Shown piece by piece: positions 55,007-64,000 of a stretch of DNA of 64,000 bases (positions are counted from its first letter, which is position 1; each line of letters opens with the position of its first letter). Origin of the DNA: Blastocystis sp. Blastoise (lineage: Eukaryota; Protista; Bigyra: Opalinata); the NCBI GenBank assembly GCA_039096225.1, contig JBBPEB010000027.1, positions 806,001 through 870,000 on the forward strand. Direction: 5' to 3'. The notes under the pieces are model-generated. The model was not told the DNA's origin, did no database searches, and worked only from the letters and a program-made list of their open reading frames with translations. Made by a program: the position numbers and the translations under genes.

Positions 55007-56791
55007 ATGGAACTCAATACATATTCTATTTTATTTATTATAGGATTCCTGATCTCTATCTTCTTCATCATCTTTCCTTTCAAAATTCATATAAAAAAAC
55101 ACACGATTCCTCTAGATTATTCTACAATTCCCATTTTGGTCGTTTTTATACTTGTAATAAGTGGATGTATACCTATCGAAGTATTTGTACGAGGTATTCT
55201 GGGAAAAGCTACTCCAGATTCCATGAAAGATATAGAAAACACAAGTCAACTTATTCCCCTTACTGTCATAGCTCTATTTATGTCATTAGCATATTTCTGT
55301 ATGTCTTCAGAACAAACAGGTATTTTTCAAATTGTTGGTAATCAGTTGTCTTCAATTGCTATGAAATCAAAATATCCTGATTTAATTGGCCTTATTCTAG
55401 TGTTTTTATTTTCTGCAATTCTTACACTTTGTACAAGTAGCGATATTACTATATTAACATTAACTCCAATTATTCTTGAATTTAATAAGAAAATTAATTC
55501 AAAGATTCTAGTTGCGTTGCTTATTACACAATTTACTACAGCTAATACATTCTCTACTGCTTTTTTGAGTGGAAATCTATCAAATTTCATTTTAACATCT
55601 GCTTTTGGAATTGATTTCTTAAGTTATCTTAAATATATGTTTATACCATCTCTCATTAGTGGATTCACTGTAGTTATATATTCATTATTTGTTAGTTTCC
55701 TATTAAAACGTAAAATACTAGATACTCTTCATGAACCATTATTATCTGATTCTAGTGTTATTGTGGTTAATACATCCGAAATAGAGAATACTAAAGATAT
55801 ACAATCAAATACATATATAAACGATGATAAAGATGTTTTATCCTCTATATCTGCTGATAATAATAAAGATAATAATAAAAATAATAATAAAGATAATAAT
55901 AATGTTGATAATAATAAAGATAATAATAATAATGGTATTACTACTATTACTACTATTACTTCTACTACTACTATTACTACTACTACTAATAATAATAATG
56001 CTAATAATAATAATAATAATGATAATAATAATAATAACACTATTCCTCCTCCTACTACTGATACTCTGACTGTGAATACACCATCTCAATCTCAATCTTC
56101 ATCTTCATCTCCATCTCCTTCTATTTCTCTTAATGGTAAATTATCTGTTTTATTCCTTTTTCTTATGCTTCTCTGTTTCTTCTTATCATCTACATTTAAA
56201 TCATTATGGTCTTCGTTTGAATTCTGGTATATAGCTGTTTTCTTCTGTTTTCTAGCTTTATTAAAAGATAGTATTTTAACATGGACATCTCATTCTGTTA
56301 ATATTCCTCTAATTCTTAAACAATTACCGTGGAGTGTACCTTGTTTCTTATTAGCTATGTTTGTCTTAGTTGAAAGTCTTCAATATTATCATATTATACA
56401 AGAACTCTCCAATTTATTAATTAATTATATTATTATTCCTATTTTACAATCTACAGGAATATATACATTACTCCTTGTTATGTGTTTACTTACTTGCTTT
56501 ACTTGTTGTTTATTAAATAATTTACCAGCAACAATTCTTCTATCCAGTATTTTATTAAATAAAACAACTCAATCTACATTAAATGAATTATTAATGCCTA
56601 TTACATTAGCAGTTGCAATAGGTACTAATATTGGTGCTATTATATTTCCTCATTGTGCTTTAAGTGGCATTGTTTGGTCGTCACTAATTCCTTATAAACA
56701 TGAACTTCATATTGTTTGGAAACAAGGAATATTATTATGTATTCTACTTTCTGTTGTATTCACATTCTTATTATATTGTTTTTGTTGTTAA
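55007..56791 (+). CDS. ArsB/NhaD (ion transporter superfamily) membrane protein, intronless
   Basis: About 12 TM helices. TSSDITILTLTPII, ANTFS...GNLSN, LPWSVPCFLLAMFVLVESL, NNLPATILL and AIGTNIGA...ALSGIVW are typical of ArsB-like permeases. Confidence 0.8.
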   Translation: MELNTYSILFIIGFLISIFFIIFPFKIHIKKHTIPLDYSTIPILVVFILVISGCIPIEVFVRGILGKATPDSMKDIENTSQLIPLTVIALFMSLAYFCMSSEQTGIFQIVGNQLSSIAMKSKYPDLIGLILVFLFSAILTLCTSSDITILTLTPIILEFNKKINSKILVALLITQFTTANTFSTAFLSGNLSNFILTSAFGIDFLSYLKYMFIPSLISGFTVVIYSLFVSFLLKRKILDTLHEPLLSDSSVIVVNTSEIENTKDIQSNTYINDDKDVLSSISADNNKDNNKNNNKDNNNVDNNKDNNNNGITTITTITSTTTITTTTNNNNANNNNNNDNNNNNTIPPPTTDTLTVNTPSQSQSSSSSPSPSISLNGKLSVLFLFLMLLCFFLSSTFKSLWSSFEFWYIAVFFCFLALLKDSILTWTSHSVNIPLILKQLPWSVPCFLLAMFVLVESLQYYHIIQELSNLLINYIIIPILQSTGIYTLLLVMCLLTCFTCCLLNNLPATILLSSILLNKTTQSTLNELLMPITLAVAIGTNIGAIIFPHCALSGIVWSSLIPYKHELHIVWKQGILLCILLSVVFTFLLYCFCC

Positions 56792-57333
56792 TTCTTCTTT
56801 TTTTTATGTATATAAATCCATTTATCATTAGTTGATTTCATTGCTTTCCCAATACTCTTGTTTTGTTTAAAAGCATTATATATGTATATAAATTATTAGA
56901 ATAAATGTTGTCAATGTAATACAGGATATAGAAGAACAAAACAACATAGAAATGAAAATACTATACAAAAATAACATTGCTATACAAGGTAAATATTTAA
57001 AATAAATGAAGAGGAATAAAAAAATAGAGTCATAAAATATGAAAAAACAACACAGCCATGAAGTTATTAAAGAGAATAAAAATAGAATATTTGTTGTGTA
57101 TAAATATAAATAATATATATATATAATATAATTAAGGTTATTAATATATAAATATAATTATATCTAGAAGAGAATAATAGTAGAAAATTATTATAATAAA
57201 CAAAACAAAAAAATAAAAATAAAAAAAAAAAATAAAATAATTAAAGAAAAGAAAAAGTGAATAGTATACGATTATATATATGTACATAAATATAGATAAA
57301 ATAAAATAAAATAAGATTATATATAGGAATAAT

Positions 57334-57469
57334 TTAAGCTTTAGTTTCTCTTAATACAGAAGGATGTGATTTATAATATTGTTCATGCCATTTCTTTGTA
57401 CATTCCTCTAATAATTCTGGCTTATAACTACGAGCAAGTAAACAACACTATATATATATATATGGATAG

Positions 57470-57520
<51 letters not shown>

Positions 57521-57837
57521 GTAATAATAATAATAGTAATAACAATAACAATATATATATACTTCAGCATATTTACCAATAGATTCTAGATAATGAATAC
57601 AGCCATCAATATCACCCATAGAGAAAAGAGAAATAAACGCTAAATTCTCTATATGCTTCTCTTTACATAATTGTACTAATTGTTCTATTCCTTGTTTATC
57701 CCCTGTAGAGAGAGCTAATAAAAGAAGGAATGGGTAATCATGACCTTTGGTACTGTATATCTATATATAGAGAAACAATATATATATATTGTTAATATAA
57801 TTATGAAGAATAACATTTAGATATCATAATAATAAAC

Positions 57838-57905
<68 letters not shown>

Positions 57906-57930
57906 CACAATAATAATAATAATAATAAAC

Positions 57931-57965
<35 letters not shown>

Positions 57966-58519
57966 CATAATAATAATATATATATACTTTAGCATGTTCA
58001 ATATCTCCTTTTTTAAGGCATAATTCACTTAATCGATTCCAATATTTACTAATTTCAACACTATCATTATTCTCGCGGGAATCCAAGATATTTAAGAATT
58101 CAGTAGCCTTCTATATATATATATATATATAGATATTCAATGATATATAATATATTCTATATAAAAGCAAATAATTCAGAATTAAAAAAATATAATTAAA
58201 TAAATATAAATATAATTAAATAAATATAAATAGAATAAAATAAACATAAATATAAATAGAATATAATAAACATCAATAGAAAACAATAAATACTTCAATC
58301 ATTTCTAATTCAATAGCAATATCAATCTTTTTAAATATATCAGTTGATAATTCCATAGCTTCTGCTTTATATCCTTGACCTTCTAAGAATTGACTTAATT
58401 TATTGATATCCCCCGCGGGAATTGAAGGAAGTAATTGATTTGCAGATTCAATATCCCCACGAATAATTAATACTTGATATTGAAGAAGAGAAGTAGATAA
58501 CGAATGGGATATAATATTA

Positions 58520-58556
<37 letters not shown>

Positions 58557-58950
58557 AGAATATAAAAAGATATTTATAGAGTATTCACTTGAATATATAG
58601 AAAATTAAATAATAATAATTAAATAATATATAAATAAAAACATATATATATATATATATACTTCACCATCAACTAATAATAATTTATTTTCTTTTTCTAA
58701 AAATCCTAATAAAGTATAATTCGATTGAATATGAGTCACAACAATTAATTCCCCACCAATATAATACTTTACACATTTTGGAGTACTATATAAAAACACA
58801 TCTTCGACCCACGTGCCACCTGTAACAATATCCGTTACTTCTGTAATGACGGCGAATGCGTCATCTGCAGAAAGAGAGGGATTATATTCTAATATATAAT
58901 AAGTATCTTGAGTTATTATAGAGACATAACTACCATATTTATTCCAATAT

Positions 58951-59011
<61 letters not shown>

Positions 59012-59594
59012 GAATAGAATTCATTATTATAATAAATATAATAATAAAAATGTTAAATATATATATAAAATAAACATTATAATAAGAATACTATATATAT
59101 ACAGTAGCAATAACATCAATTTTTCTCTCCATGGAGCCAGTTTCCCAATTATAAAAACAAATAAATCCATTCCCGCGTATTCCAAGTAAGTGCCCGCCAA
59201 AAAGATGATCGACAATAAAAGGAGCGGTAATCGTTACTGTTTCTTTGAAATTAGAGAATATCTTAATAGTATTAGTACTCTATATATAGTTATTTATATA
59301 GTATACTTGAATTAAACTAAAAATAATAATTATATTCAATTTAATATATATATATATTAAAAAACAATAAATTAAGCATACTGTGCGAATAGCATAATCA
59401 CCCGCTCCTGAATCCCTCCAAACCCCCTCAAGACCCTCACCGTAACATTTATTTCTGATTTGTCTACTGGTACAAATAGAATATTCACCATCACCTACAA
59501 TCATAAGGAAACGACCATTCGCATTATGAGCAATAAACCGCGGGAATAACTCACTACGACCTAAGTAATATTATTAAGGAATAGATAAAGAATA

Positions 59595-59681
<87 letters not shown>

Positions 59682-60564
59682 TATATATATATAATAAGGA
59701 TATATCTTTATAAGGTATTTGAAGTATTTCTTCATCTTTTGTATTTTCATCGATTTTAATGATTCCCCCGCGAATATCGTTACAATCGCATTTAATAAGA
59801 CGACCTCCTTCTTCTAATGAAATGATTGGCTTCTCAGAACCCATTTGAATGACGAGTGCACCGTCATCACAAGCAATACCAATCTATATATATATATATA
59901 ATTATTTATTTGAAGAAATAGAAAAATATAAGTCAATAAAATGATATATATATGAGAATAACAACTAATAACAAATAATAACAAAGAATAACCGTGAAAA
60001 TAGATACTTTATTATTGAATGTTGTTCCAGAAATACTCCAAACACGACCCATCGAGTAATTTAAGGTCATTTCACATCTATATATAATATATAGAATATA
60101 AAGAAACATATAATATATAATATATAAAATATATACTGATAAGTAATACTATTCCAAATACGAACGGTTCCATCTTCAGATCCACTAATAATAAGAGGGA
60201 GTTTATTATGAAAGAGAAGTGTTGAAATATTATCAGTATGACCTGAAAGTGTCTGAATACAGGTCTTTGTTTGATAATCCCAAACTTTTATAGTCTATAT
60301 ATAAATGTTATAATAATATATATATAATAGAATATATATAATAGAATAATAGTATATAGAATAGAATATATAAATAGAATAAATAGAATAGAATAAACAT
60401 AAATATGATATATAATAATACTATATATATATACATGATCATCAGATCCAGAAATAAGATACGGTTTATCGGCACGTGGATAGTACGCAATGGCGTTAAC
60501 GCTCATCTTATGATCACGCAGTGTGAAGAATGGTGTCGGATTATTTAATCCCCAAACCTATAAA

Positions 60565-60600
<36 letters not shown>

Positions 60601-61326
60601 CATAATAAACATAATAAACATAATGATAATAAAACAAAATCAATTTTATAAATAAACAATAGCAATAAAATTAAAAATACATTAATAGTGGAGTCAAGAG
60701 AGCATGATGCAAACACATTAGGATCTTTTGGATTGAATTTGACTTGCATTACATAATGACTATGACCATCAAATGTTTTAGTACAATTCCAATTTTGTTC
60801 CCAATTCCAAAGTTTAATTTTAAGATCATCACCACAAGAGAGAAGATAAGGAAGCGTTGGATGAACATCAAGACTACGAATATAATCTGTATGAGCTTCA
60901 AAATCAGCAACCTAGAGAAAAAAAAATATTATAAAATAATAAAATAATAAAAGATGATAATATACTTTATCAATTGTATTGTAGTTATAAACACGAATAT
61001 GTAAATCATCGCAACCTAAAGCAAACCATTGTTTTCTTTCAATGAATTTACAAGTTCTAATGGGAACTTCAACGCATTCAAAAGATTTTATTAATTCTGC
61101 AGTCTCATAATTATATATAAAGACTCTTCCAGAAAATAAAGACATTAAAATCCATGGTTCTGTAGGATGTAAATCTACACATTTAACTCTTTCAGAATGT
61201 GTAATCAGTTTTTTCTATAGAATAAGGAATTAAAACTAGTTTACTATGCACTGTTACCTCAATATCGATTTGAAATGTCTATAAAAAAGGAAAGTTAGTA
61301 ATAATTTCATTTATATAACATACCAT
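57334..61326 (-). CDS. COPB2: Coatomer subunit beta' (Sec27/COPB2), multi-exon, includes a U12 AT-AC intron
   Basis: [56 protein letters not shown] and [16 protein letters not shown]. Confidence 0.96.
59565..59703 (-). other. U12-type (minor spliceosome) AT-AC intron
   Basis: 5' end ATATCCTT, branch point TCCTTAAT (59573-59580) and 3' end TTAC. Removal gives PYKD|LGRSELFP, matching beta'-COP. Confidence 0.93.
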
Positions 61327-62147
61327 TTGTATATTATTATATTGACAAAATAATTATTCTCTTTGAAGAAAGAAATAAAGCTGAAAATATTATAACACTC
61401 TATAATATATACAAAATGTTAAATTCTTATTCATTTTACAGATTTATATCAGAAGCCTTCATGATTTGTTCCATGATTATTCTCATTTTATTCGCTCTCT
61501 TCACAATCTCCCCACGATTCCAAGCCTTTTGCGGGATTTTATCAATGCCTCTCTTTTTTTGTTAGAGAGAAAAACATCGTTTTGTTTTCATTCTCTATTC
61601 AAATAATTCTTGTTGTTATGTATTGAGGATATTCTTATTTAATAAAAATGTTCATAAACATTCAGAATCGTCGCTTTTTGTTATGTTTATTTGCGTTTTG
61701 GCTGACATGAGTTGAAATGTCGTTTATTGTTATGTTATTGTTATATTTATATTATTCTCAATCATAAAAAAATGCTTTGTATTTCCAAATATTAATATTG
61801 ACTCATATAAACACCTTTGACAAAGCTGATAACAAAATCATCATAAATTCTTCTATTATTGTAGTTTTTTATTCAATCTACTTTATGCCAATAACAAGAA
61901 TCTCATGTAGTAAACAGATAATAAACAAATAATCATATTTCTCATGAAACTATTGCAAAAAAAAAAAACACTATACTAACACTCATTTATGGAAATTTTG
62001 ATTTTTTTACTTGAAAAGTATCTTTTTATACGGATATTTTTAATTAGTCTATAGGTCGTTTATATATTTAATTATTTTTCTTTTGAAAATTGAATTAATC
62101 GAATAGGAGATACATTTTCTTAAAAAGCAAAATAGATCAAATCTGTA

Positions 62148-64000
<1,853 letters not shown>

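Overview
This is eukaryotic, very AT-rich and intron-dense DNA. The gene content, the U12 intron and the K40-less alpha-tubulin fit a stramenopile gut protist of the Blastocystis type, but that is an inference and the sequence does not prove it. I spliced 23 genes by hand. They are a DENN+ENTH protein, a large mucin-like type-I membrane protein with a cytosolic NZF finger, a polypeptide GalNAc-transferase, alpha-tubulin, CTNNBL1, a 4-TM unknown, UAP56/SUB2, an LRR protein, a Ser/Thr kinase, DCP2, RPB5, NDUFB9, a zf-CW protein, a secreted Cys-rich unknown, a plasmepsin-V-like protease, an NCKX exchanger, a degenerate Nbp35/Cfd1-like P-loop protein, Snf7, an ER DnaJ, an ArsB/NhaD-type transporter, beta'-COP and a partial RRM/SR protein. 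Most short ORFs in the track are microsatellite-filled introns or antisense shadows. Main observations: (1) a textbook U12 AT-AC intron in beta'-COP; (2) five or six introns with non-canonical ends whose deviant bases copy the neighbouring exon (a polishing artefact or cDNA-templated conversion); (3) a strongly over-represented CCCGCGG/CCGTG DNA motif in both exons and promoters; (4) a nested hairpin in a bidirectional promoter; (5) several unusual protein architectures. CDS coordinates give the whole gene span, including introns.
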